The translations under genes were made by a program, and so were the position numbers. A stretch of 63,169 nucleotides of DNA, the filler included, from Octopus bimaculoides (lineage: Eukaryota): the NCBI RefSeq assembly GCF_001194135.2. It is 7 parts of 6 records of this genome, joined end to end, with 100 filler letters (N's around TTAATTAATTAA, not from the genome) between each part and the next. Parts side by side here need not be neighbours in the genome. Positions count along the whole stretch, not along the records: positions 20,220 to 34,671 come from NC_068996.1; positions 34,772 to 40,729 come from NC_068981.1; 5 more parts are not named here. One strand, written 5' to 3'. Below the pieces are notes generated by a model. That model worked only from the letters and a program-made list of their open reading frames with translations, had not been told where the DNA came from and ran no database searches. This document shows positions 25,651 to 35,601 of this stretch, in pieces; within the stretch, counting starts at the first letter, position 1, and each line of letters opens with the position of its first letter.

Positions 25651-27384
25651 TATAATTACATATATATATATATATATATAAATATACATAGATACATATC
25701 TATACATTTATATATATATATGTATATGCATACAAAGGAATCAATTATTATTATTATTATTATTATTAGGTGTATTATATTATTCTTATTAGATAAAGTA
25801 TAAACAAAGGAAAGAGAAACTTATCAAAAGAGAAATAATAGTGGAATTTAAATAATTAATATACATATATATATATACATATATATGTATACAGTTTTAG
25901 ATTTTGATTCAAAAATTGAATATGGTACTTATGTTTAGGCACCAGAATATAGTATGGTATGGTATTATATAAAAACCATTCCAAAAACTAGGTGATCAAA
26001 AAATCAAAATAAGCAACAAGGATTTTAAAGATGGTTGCAGTATGCACGTTTCATGCTATTCCATTTATTTAAGTAATGTGAGCATTACATTAAATGCAAT
26101 ATGTAGAGCAATCTTCAGCTGCACGAAAATGCAGAAAATTACAGTAGAATAGACATATTATAATTGTGGCAACATTTCAAATCCAAGTGGGAGGAAGAAT
26201 ACATAAAAATCCATCTTGACATAGCCAAGTCTATCAGGCTAGTAATTGGTTCTAGGCANNNNNNNNNNNNNNNNNNNNNNNNNNNNNNNNNNNNNNNNNN
26301 NNNNNNNNNNNNNNNNNNNNNNNNNNNNNNNNNNNNNNNNNNNNNNNNNNNNNNNNNNNNNNNNNNNNNNNNNNNNNNNNNNNNNNNNNNNNNNNNNNNN
26401 NNNNNNNNNNNNNNNNNNNNNNNNNNNNNNNNNNNNNNNNNNNNNNNNNNNNNNNNNNNNNNNNNNNNNNNNNNNNNNNNNNNNNNNNNNNNNNNNNNNN
26501 NNNNNNNNNNNNNNNNNNNNNNNNNNNNNNNNNNNNNNNNNNNNNNNNNNNNNNNNNNNNNNNNNNNNNNNNNNNNNNNNNNNNNNNNNNNNNNNNNNNN
26601 NNNNNNNNNNNNNNNNNNNNNNNNNNNNNNNNNNNNNNNNNNNNNNNNNNNNNNNNNNNNNNNNNNNNNNNNNNNNNNNNNNNNNNNNNNNNNNNNNNNN
26701 NNNNNNNNNNNNNNNNNNNNNNNNNNNNNNNNNNNNNNNNNNNNNNNNNNNNNNNNNNNNNNNNNNNNNNNNNNNNNNNNNNNNNNNNNNNNNNNNNNNN
26801 NNNNNNNNNNNNNNNNNNNNNNNNNNNNNNNNNNNNNNNNNNNNNNNNNNNNNNNNNNNNNNNNNNNNNNNNNNNNNNNNNNNNNNNNNNNNNNNNNNNN
26901 NNNNNNNNNNNNNNNNNNNNNNNNNNNNNNNNNNNNNNNNNNNNNNNNNNNNNNNNNNNNNNNNNNNNNNNNNNNNNNNNNNNNNNNNNNNNNNNNNNNN
27001 NNNNNNNNNNNNNNNNNNNNNNNNNNNNNNNNNNNNNNNNNNNNNNNNNNNNNNNNNNNNNNNNNNNNNNNNNNNNNNNNNNNNNNNNNATTACATTATT
27101 CCAGGGCTTACAGCAATAGTGTCTTGTTTTTTTAAATTTTTAACTTAAATAAATCTAATCCTTATGCCCAAAATTAATCTAATCCTTATTCCATTAATAT
27201 TCTTTAATTAGCCCATGTTAATCTTAAAACAAACTCATGACTAATGAAACTTTTAATCAATCATCATGTTCCTGTATTGAATGGCCTTGTTAATTTCCTA
27301 ATATCATTTTTCTTTTTCTGTCCCTCAAACCTTAGTAAACCCATTATTATATAAATCGTTTACTAATTTTTTCACGTGCCAGGA

Positions 27385-27752
27385 AGGCAACGTTGGTAAC
27401 GATCACATTCAAATGGTGCTATTTACATGCCACCGTCATGGAAGCCAGACAGCTGCTCTGGCAACGATCATGCTCGGATGGTGCTCCACTGGTACAGGTG
27501 CCATCACGATTTCACTTTCACTTGCCCCAACAGGTCTTCACAAGTGGAGTTTAGTGTCCAATGAAGGAATGGTACGCATAAATGGGCTGGCTACATCCCT
27601 AGCAGAGGCCTTGGATTTTGGTCTCACTTGGCTTGCCGGGTCTTCTCACGCACAGCACATTTCCAAAGGTCTCGGTCAGTAGTCATCGCCTCGGTGAGGC
27701 CCAATGTTCGAAGGTCTTGCCTCACCACCTCAGCCCAGGTCTTCCTGGGCCT
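27385..27752 (-). mobile_element. RTE-clade LINE 3' end
   Basis: RKTWAEVVRQDLRTLGLTEAMTTDRDLWKCAVREKTRQAK* then a 3' UTR; continues into a gap. Confidence 0.8.
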
Positions 27753-28578
27753 NNNNNNNNNNNNNNNNNNNNNNNNNNNNNNNNNNNNNNNNNNNNNNNN
27801 NNNNNNNNNNNNNNNNNNNNNNNNNNNNNNNNNNNNNNNNNNNNNNNNNNNNNNNNNNNNNNNNNNNNNNNNNNNNNNNNNNNNNNNNNNNNNNNNNNNN
27901 NNNNNNNNNNNNNNNNNNNNNNNNNNNNNNNNNNNNNNNNNNNNNNNNNNNNNNNNNNNNNNNNNNNNNNNNNNNNNNNNNNNNNNNNNNNNNNNNNNNN
28001 NNNNNNNNNNNNNNNNNNNNNNNNNNNNNNNNNNNNNNNNNNNNNNNNNNNNNNNNNNNNNNNNNNNNNNNNNNNNNNNNNNNNNNNNNNNNNNNNNNNN
28101 NNNNNNNNNNNNNNNNNNNNNNNNNNNNNNNNNNNNNNNNNNNNNNNNNNNNNNNNNNNNNNNNNNNNNNNNNNNNNNNNNNNNNNNNNNNNNNNNNNNN
28201 NNNNNNNNNNNNNNNNNNNNNNNNNNNNNNNNNNNNNNNNNNNNNNNNNNNNNNNNNNNNNNNNNNNNNNNNNNNNNNNNNNNNNNNNNNNNNNNNNNNN
28301 NNNNNNNNNNNNNNNNNNNNNNNNNNNNNNNNNNNNNNNNNNNNNNNNNNNNNNNNNNNNNNNNNNNNNNNNNNNNNNNNNNNNNNNNNNNNNNNNNNNN
28401 NNNNNNNNNNNNNNNNNNNNNNNNNNNNNNNNNNNNNNNNNNNNNNNNNNNNNNNNNNNNNNNNNNNNNNNNNNNNNNNNNNNNNNNNNNNNNNNNNNNN
28501 NNNNNNNNNNNNNNNNNNNNNNNNNNNNNNNNNNNNNNNNNNNNNNNNNNNNNNNNNNNNNNNNNNNNNNNNNNNNNN

Positions 28579-28985
28579 AAGAAGTCTATTTATGTTGGGG
28601 GCACGGAATTTTGAGGAAAAAATTAGAAGAAAAAGCATCCTAAGTCAAAGATAGCACACATCAAATTTGGTGAAATTCGATTGAAAATTGTAGGAGTAGA
28701 AGTGGTTCACACAGCACACACACACAGACAGACAACTTGCCTTTTATTATATAAGATCAAATGCATACCGTTGCATAGACGTGGTTGGTTCAAATCCTAG
28801 GTGAATTGAGAGTAGTCTATTTATGTTGGGGGCACGGAATTTTGAGGAAAAAATTATAAGCAAAAGTGTCCTAAGTCAAAGAGAGCACACATGTCGAATT
28901 TGGTGAAATTCAGTTGAAAATTGTAGGAGTAGAAGTGGTTCACACAACACACAGACAGACAACTTGCCTTTTAATATATAAGATA
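28579..28985 (-). mobile_element. Two tandem 5' ends of a non-autonomous Helitron-like (Lep1-type) element, period ~231 bp
   Basis: Reverse strand atcttatat(a)a(t)aaaaggcaagttgtctgtctgtgtg...caattttcaa..gaatttcaccaaatt, twice. Confidence 0.6.
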
Positions 28986-29189
28986 GATAGATGTATGGTA
29001 TTTTCCCTCAGCCATATTGTTGGTATTCATATTTATCTTCAACATTATAAAGGGTCAATCACTGTTCATATCATGCTAGCAGTGTCGTATACTACCCTAA
29101 TTAATCTCAGATAACATAACTAAATCCCTTAAAGACACCACAAATGCTATGCTTCAGAAAATCACAGATGATTTTGCATCCACAATATA

Positions 29190-29400
29190 GGCACAGCGTG
29201 GCTATGCAGTAAGTAGTTTGCTTACTAACTACATGGTTTTGGGTTCAGTTCCGCTGCATGACACCTCAGATAAATGTTTTCTACTATAGCCCAGCGTCAA
29301 CCAAAGCCATGTGAGCAGATTTGATAGATAGAAACTGAAAGGAGCCTGTTGTATGTATATATATGTGTGTGTATGTATGTACACATACATATATATGACA
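29190..29400 (+). mobile_element. SINE family A, CpG-decayed
   Basis: gggttcagttccgctgcatgacacc...gaaactgaaaggagcc. Confidence 0.75.
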
Positions 29401-29477
29401 GGTTATTTCAGCCATGTAACCACACACATGCTTTTCTTGGGCTATTTTCCTCCTTCTCTCTAGACCTTTCCTCTCCT

Positions 29478-29512
29478 CTTTTTGATGAAGAACTATGCTT
29501 GAAACATTACCT
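29478..29512 (+). ncRNA. CpG-decayed hammerhead remnant (same family as 35495)
   Basis: TTGATGA-A-GAAC-tat-GCTT-GAAAC-ATT, consistent with decay of CTGACGA-A-GAGC-tat-GCTC-GAAAC-GTT. Confidence 0.45.
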
Positions 29513-29624
29513 CCCCATTCTTTTTTCCTGTCTTAAATTGATTGTCAACCTAATACATTCTGTGTATGTCCTTTTGACATTTGATTTGTTTTAATTTTTG
29601 ATTTGCCTATATATATATATGTGT

Positions 29625-29865
29625 GTGTGTGTTAATGTTTGTATCTCCTTGTCTTGACAGCTGTCATTGTTGTAAATGAATATCATTCATTTTCAATACC
29701 CCGAGAAAACATGTATGGCCATGGGAAAATATCACTTTGCTTGAAAACGTGTGACACTTGGTAATAGGAAGGGCATCCAGCCATTGAAGATCTGCCTCAA
29801 AAAATTCATGACTCATACAAGCATGGAAAAATTGACATTAAAGTGATAATGATGATGATGAAGAA
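29625..29865 (+). mobile_element. SINE/LINE 3' tail ending in (GAT)n
   Basis: aggaagggcatccagcc...gacattaaagtgataatgatgatgatg; similar tail at 20780-21007. Confidence 0.6.
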
Positions 29866-30314
29866 TAGTAGCAGTATGGGGTAGTGTTGCCACTATTCAT
29901 ATGCATCTTTTAGACTACATAAAAAAAAGACACCCAACTTGAGTATCAGTAGTCATCACAGTCATGGTTCAACACCTGGGAAACATGCTCTGTCTTTTCT
30001 ACAGCTATCACAGTGTCCACTGCTTCTTGGAGCTGGCTGGTCTTATATCAGTTCTACTCATATCTGACTTCCTTGCAACATCCTCCTAAGTGTATTCACC
30101 CATATGAAGCCTCCACCACACTGAAGACTATTTCTAGTATTTCTCCCCAGAACGTCGACTCTGGAATTTCTTCTTTCCCTGTCTGTGGTCTTCAGGCAGT
30201 TGTTGACTTGCAGTTCTTCAAAAAGAATATCAACAGCATTAGCTTCAAAGAACTTTCAAAAACCAGTGACAAAGCTCTTCTACCAGACCAAACCTTAATG
30301 TGTTTGTGTGTGTG

Positions 30315-30365
<51 letters not shown>

Positions 30366-31284
30366 GTGGGGGAGGCTTATCAGTCTGAGTGACGAAATAA
30401 ATTTCTGTAGGTTTCGGATTCAGACTTAGTGGGGTGAAACTGATGGTTTACCGTTTCTACTAAAATCTCAATTCTAAAGGGAAGGAATATTAGGCAAACG
30501 GATTTATCTAGTGCTCATTAAATCAAGCATCGAAGAATAAAGCATGATACAGTAGAAAAAGGCAAAACTGGGTTTCATTTGTCTGGCGCTTCATTGTTTT
30601 CTCGTGACAAAGACTTATAATTTAAAAAGGAATCGGGTAACATCCTATTTTCGCATCGTAGCGTAACATCATACAATGGGAATAAATATTTCGTTATTGA
30701 ATATTTGTGTGTGTGTGTGTAAACATGCATGTAATGTAAACATGTTTACTTTCATTTTTTACGTAGTGAAAATAGGATATAACTGATTATTCAATCAACC
30801 ACAATGAATTTCTGGTGAATGATTTATTGACTTTGGAATAATTGAAAATAAGAAGACGGTAATTTTTTTGGTATTTGTTGATACAGTTAAAGAGACAGAC
30901 GAAACCAAAGAATCTAAGTTCGAATGTCGTATGATTGGAAGAGGTCGATGAAGATATGACCTCAAAACCATTTTCAAAGATAATAAACACCAAACATTTA
31001 ATAGTCTTAGATAGCGCTGAATAAACAAGTAGGTTCGACCTGCAATTAGTAACCTTGGACTCTGCTACTGTTTTTCGAAAAATTTTCTAATGGCAATAAC
31101 TGTTTTGGCTCTATACCATTTCTGCTACTACAATTTCTCTGCTAATAATACAAATAATAATAATAACTTCTAAGATTTGCAAACAACGATAGAAAATTAA
31201 GGGTGGTGAGAGAGACATGGTCTATTATATGGAACTGTTATGTTATTAATAATAATAATTATCTAATCTCTCGTAAGTTGCAAA

Positions 31285-31460
31285 TCGTCGAGACATCGGA
31301 AGTAGGTTTCGTTCCGGAAGTCGGTTTCGTGCAGGAAGTTACATCAGACGTCTCTTTCTTTTTCACCATCTCTTTCTTCATGCCCTCCCCTCCTCTTGCC
31401 TCCACCACCGTACTCATACACTGTGACCTGCTGCTGTTGCTGCTGACATCAGTATATCGC
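31285..31460. promoter_or_regulatory. CpG-rich promoter-like island with three tandem ETS-type GGAAGT motifs
   Basis: CGGAAGT 31298, CCGGAAGT 31314, CAGGAAGT 31332, in 17-18-bp units with GGTTTCGT; lies just right of a CpG-depleted block. Confidence 0.5.
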
Positions 31461-32699
31461 GAAAGAAAGAGGAAAAATGTTATTAAACCTTCGATATAAA
31501 TCCTAAAGTGCATTGACACTAATTACCAAATACATCGATACCCAAATATTACATTGGAACGTCCTACCAACCTGGTTAGTAGCTTGTATTAACAATATTC
31601 TACCGCACACTTACTAACACTGTCCTTTCAGTTATATATGTACATACATAAATTCATTTTCTTTTCAAATATACATATACATACATTATTTACTAATTTT
31701 TTTCTCTCCTCAAACACGTAATGTACATAGCTATGAGGGAGTGTATACACACACATGCAAATGTCTATGTACAAAATGTCTATAAAGATATGAATACGTA
31801 AATATCTGTTGTTTAGACTCTCTCCCATATCCCAGAAATCAACGATTAGATACTCCTACCGTGAACATCCAGTCGATTTAGGATACGTAGGAGTAATAAA
31901 CCAGTGTCCTTTTCCTTTAGACAGCAGAGTGTTTATTTGAGGGAAATTTGGTTGCTGTTTCTCGCATGTCTAATGACTTCCTACATACATATATTTCGTA
32001 TACAAATATGTATATGTATGTAAGCAAGAGTGAATGATATGTGTATTATGACAGATATACACACGTGTGCGTACATGTATACAGACGAGTGTGTACATAG
32101 ATATACGATAGTGCACTTAACCATTTCTGCTATGCAGACATGCATAGGTGTGTGTGTGTTTATAAATAGAAATACCTATGTGTATTAAGTGTATGAATAA
32201 CTGTCTTTTATATTTCTGTGTATATACACATATTCGTATGTATTTTTGCTTCTATACATACATATATTCGTGTGTATTTATGTATATATTCACATCCTTG
32301 CATTTATATATATCGGAGTACATGTGTTCATGTAAACATATATGTAAGCATGTATACAGTTGTGTTTGTGTGTGTATATATATGTGTGTGAGTGCATGTT
32401 TACACATTCGTGTTTTTATAAGCATGTATACACGTGTAGATATGTTGTTACTCTTGTGTATGAATACATATACTCCGTTTGTATATGTATACATATATAC
32501 CCATTCTTATGTTGTATGCACACGTGTGTGTGTGTGTGTGTATGTATGTTTATGCATATTTGTATGCATATACACACACTAACTTATAGTCTGTCTACAA
32601 TGTGTGTCTTTATAAAAATGTACTGTGTTGTAGTATTGAGAGTGAATTGATCTCATATGTGTTCCAGCTGTGGCCATCGATGTTATGGCCACATTCTTG

Positions 32700-33830
32700 G
32701 TCTACATTGATTCAACAAGACAGCTGTGAGTATTTGTATTAGCATCTGAGTTTGCTGAAATTCTTTGGACTCGTCCAAGCCATTGGAAGTTTCGCTGCAC
32801 CAATATCTCGGTAAATGCAAGGGAATTTGAAGTCAGTTGCATCACTACACACACACAGAGCCATGTGTATATGTGTATGTATATGTATATATAAACATTT
32901 AATACATAAACACACACGTGTGTGTGTGTGTTGTAGTTAGGCAAGTAACTTAATTTGAGATCGTTTATTAAAACAAAACAAAAAAAACTCTCATAAACTG
33001 TCATATCCACATTGGTTTCATTTCGTAATTGCATTATTTATTTACAGTCAAAATCATCGGACATTATCGTCCTGACTACCGATACAATTCCAACACTATT
33101 ACACTCACACATAATTAATTACATGCCAGTATACATTAAGAATATATGTATAGACGTATGTGTGTGCTTGTGCATCGATTTGTATATTTTTTTTACTGAT
33201 TCTAGTAATTTAGACTGCGGTCATTCTGGGGCACTAGCTTTAGAAATTTAGTCAATTATATCGATCCGGTATTTTAGTGTGATACAAATTTTATCTAAGC
33301 GTATTCGTAGAACTACTATATTTTGGGACATAAAAGCGATATAAACTTGATGGAGCAGACCAACTATGATCGAAGACAATCCAGCTGTGACCGTTCCGGC
33401 TTTATCAGTGGGGTGTTTATATTATGCAATTTATCTTTCCCGTTTTTGAGACGATTATGTGTGTAGCTTTAGCTACCATTTTTTGCATCTGGTTCAACTT
33501 CCTAATCGTTGTTGCATTTTCTTTAATGACATATTTTATAAATAAATGTCTATTGATAATTCGTTGGAGACGTCGTAATAAAAGCTCACATATTTAAGAA
33601 TGCACCGAACATGGAAGACTGTTCTGTGGTTCATATATCTGTCCAAGACAATGGAATTGTTTTAATTCCAACACACCGTCTTGCATCAACATAACTGACA
33701 AATCAGTACTGCTTTTCTGTATGTGTTCTCCTGGGTTTATCTCTCTCAATTTTATCATCAACGCAGAAAGAGGTTTTTGATTTAGGTACAATATTTTTAT
33801 ATCAAAATTTAGCATCCGTTGGGAAACCAC
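32700..33830 (-). mobile_element. Two very old RTE-like RT/C-terminal remnants
   Basis: VLELKQFHCLGQI (compare LExVxxFxYLGS) in 33830-33594 and FQWLGRVQRI (compare LRWLGHVxRM) near 32790, in collinear order. Confidence 0.45.
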
Positions 33831-34194
33831 GTATGTAGGAGTGTACCTATATGTTTGTGTGTGTATACATCTACCCGCATCTATCTACATTTAAATATAT
33901 ATGCATTTTATATATAACTATACATATGCATATGTATGCATGTATGCAGGCATGTACATATATACATGCATGAATATATATATATGTGTTGTGTATATAA
34001 TGTACGTGTGTAAAAGTGTGTATAATTACCTTCCATGCTGGTATGGGTCAGATGGTTTGATATGCTCTGGCGAGCTCTAGGGTCAGCTTTAGCATTATAT
34101 ATATATATAATCATTCAATATCTGCTTTTCTCTACTGGCATAGGTTGCATGGTTAGACAGAGCTTAAGTCAGAATACGATGTGTTGCTCTACAG

Positions 34195-34453
34195 CTGTGG
34201 TTCTCAACCAGGGTCCATATTACCCTTGGGGGGTCCATATAAGATTTTGTTGATAAAATTTATCTGCAATAAATTAGTTATAATTCTACAATACAAAAAA
34301 TATCTTAACGATTTTTTTCATTCAATTCCAAATGATATTTAATTATAAAAATATAATGAGACTTTTTTTAAACATTGGACGTTTATTGGTATTCAGTAGA
34401 GTAAAATAGGAATCAAAGGGGTCCTTAAGCAAAAAAATGGTTGAGAAACACTG
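34195..34453. mobile_element. hAT/Charlie-type MITE with 8-bp TSD
   Basis: TIRs c(t)gtggttctcaacc / ggttgagaaacactg; flanks CTCTACAG (34187-34194) and CTCTACTG (34454-34461). Confidence 0.85.
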
Positions 34454-34511
34454 CTCTACTGTCTTAGTTTTGGAATGGTTTCCATAATTGGATGCCCTTC
34501 TTATACATACC

Positions 34512-34543
<32 letters not shown>

Positions 34544-34969
34544 GAAGTGTATTGCCACTTAAGTGTGGCTGACCCCTAGGGGTGGATGTTACTATTGCTT
34601 TAGCCCCAGGAGGACATCTCCTCCAGCTGGCTTATCAACACACTAGTCCTCCTGGGGCTAAAGCAACAGTANNNNNNNNNNNNNNNNNNNNNNNNNNNNN
34701 NNNNNNNNNNNNNNNTTAATTAATTAANNNNNNNNNNNNNNNNNNNNNNNNNNNNNNNNNNNNNNNNNNNNGGTATTTGCCATTGAGAGGTTTTCCATGC
34801 CATTTTTCAGTCATAATAGCTAAGGCAGCAATTTTAGCACGGGTTTTCAAGCGCTTAGCTTTTTCTGTAGGTGTTTCTAGTTCGTCTAATTCTTGAATTT
34901 TTTCTGTAGGTGTTTCTAGTTCGTCTAATTATCGTCATCATCATCATTATGTTTGAGTGAGAGTGTTTG

Positions 34970-35160
34970 AGTGTACAACGAACTGTTTGTTTCCTTCTCT
35001 CTCTTGTTGCGAGCAGGAGGAGGGGAATGAACTACTCTATAAGTGAAATACAACGGATACTTTCAAGGTCACCCCGAACTACAAAATTTAGGACCTCAAG
35101 AAAGAAGAATTTAAACTAAACAGTCACAGTTTCGCATCAGCAGCGCGAGTACAACAATAA
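34970..35160 (+). repeat. ~190-bp direct repeat of the Tx1 5' UTR/ORF1 start (other copy 35668-35856)
   Basis: agtgtacaacgaactg...gcgcgagt(a/g)caacaataa occurs twice. Confidence 0.93.
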
Positions 35161-35494
35161 TGAAGTTCTCATCAGTGGCTATATATATATAGTGATAGAG
35201 AGGGAGAGACAGAGTGACACAGAGAGTGGGACACACACACACGCTCCCATACACATGTCCACACACATACATACAGACATTCCCACTCCGTCTACATACA
35301 TAACCAACACACACACGCCCGCGCACACCTACGCATACACACAGTTACCATCCTTTCTTCACACTCTCCTGTCTCAGAAAGCCCTTTTTCTTTGTCCATC
35401 TATCCCGGTCATTCTAAAATGTAACCACATGTAGACTGTTGGCGATTTTATTTTTTCTCCATCTTCCTTTTCTCTTGAACTTTCCTCTATCTCC

Positions 35495-35531
35495 TGTTTC
35501 TGAAGAAGAGCTCTTTTCGAAAGGTAAAACA
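35495..35531 (+). ncRNA. Minimal type-I hammerhead-like motif after a C/A-rich PLE-type tail
   Basis: UGUUU-CUGAAGA-A-GAGC-ucu-UUUC-GAAA-G-GUA-AAACA: 5-bp stem I; C15.2 changed to G. Confidence 0.55.
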
Positions 35532-35601
35532 TCCTTTCTTTCCTTCTCTGGGTGTCTTATTAATACTTTGCATGCACCACGTCTTTGCGTTGTTGTTATA
35601 T

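Noticed and set aside
32668-32725. 58-nt exon candidate with a GTGAGT donor
   Set aside because: It adjoins an antisense RTE remnant (WLGRVQRI), and joining it to the next candidate gives early stops.
33599-33718. Cys-rich 120-nt phase 1-1 exon candidate (CTEHGRLFCGSYICPRQWNC...)
   Set aside because: The opposite strand resembles a decayed RTE reverse transcriptase (LELKQFHCLGQI), and the acceptor is weak.
34590-34671. 26-bp inverted repeat
   Set aside because: The right arm ends exactly at the contig end, so it may be a chimeric-read artefact.
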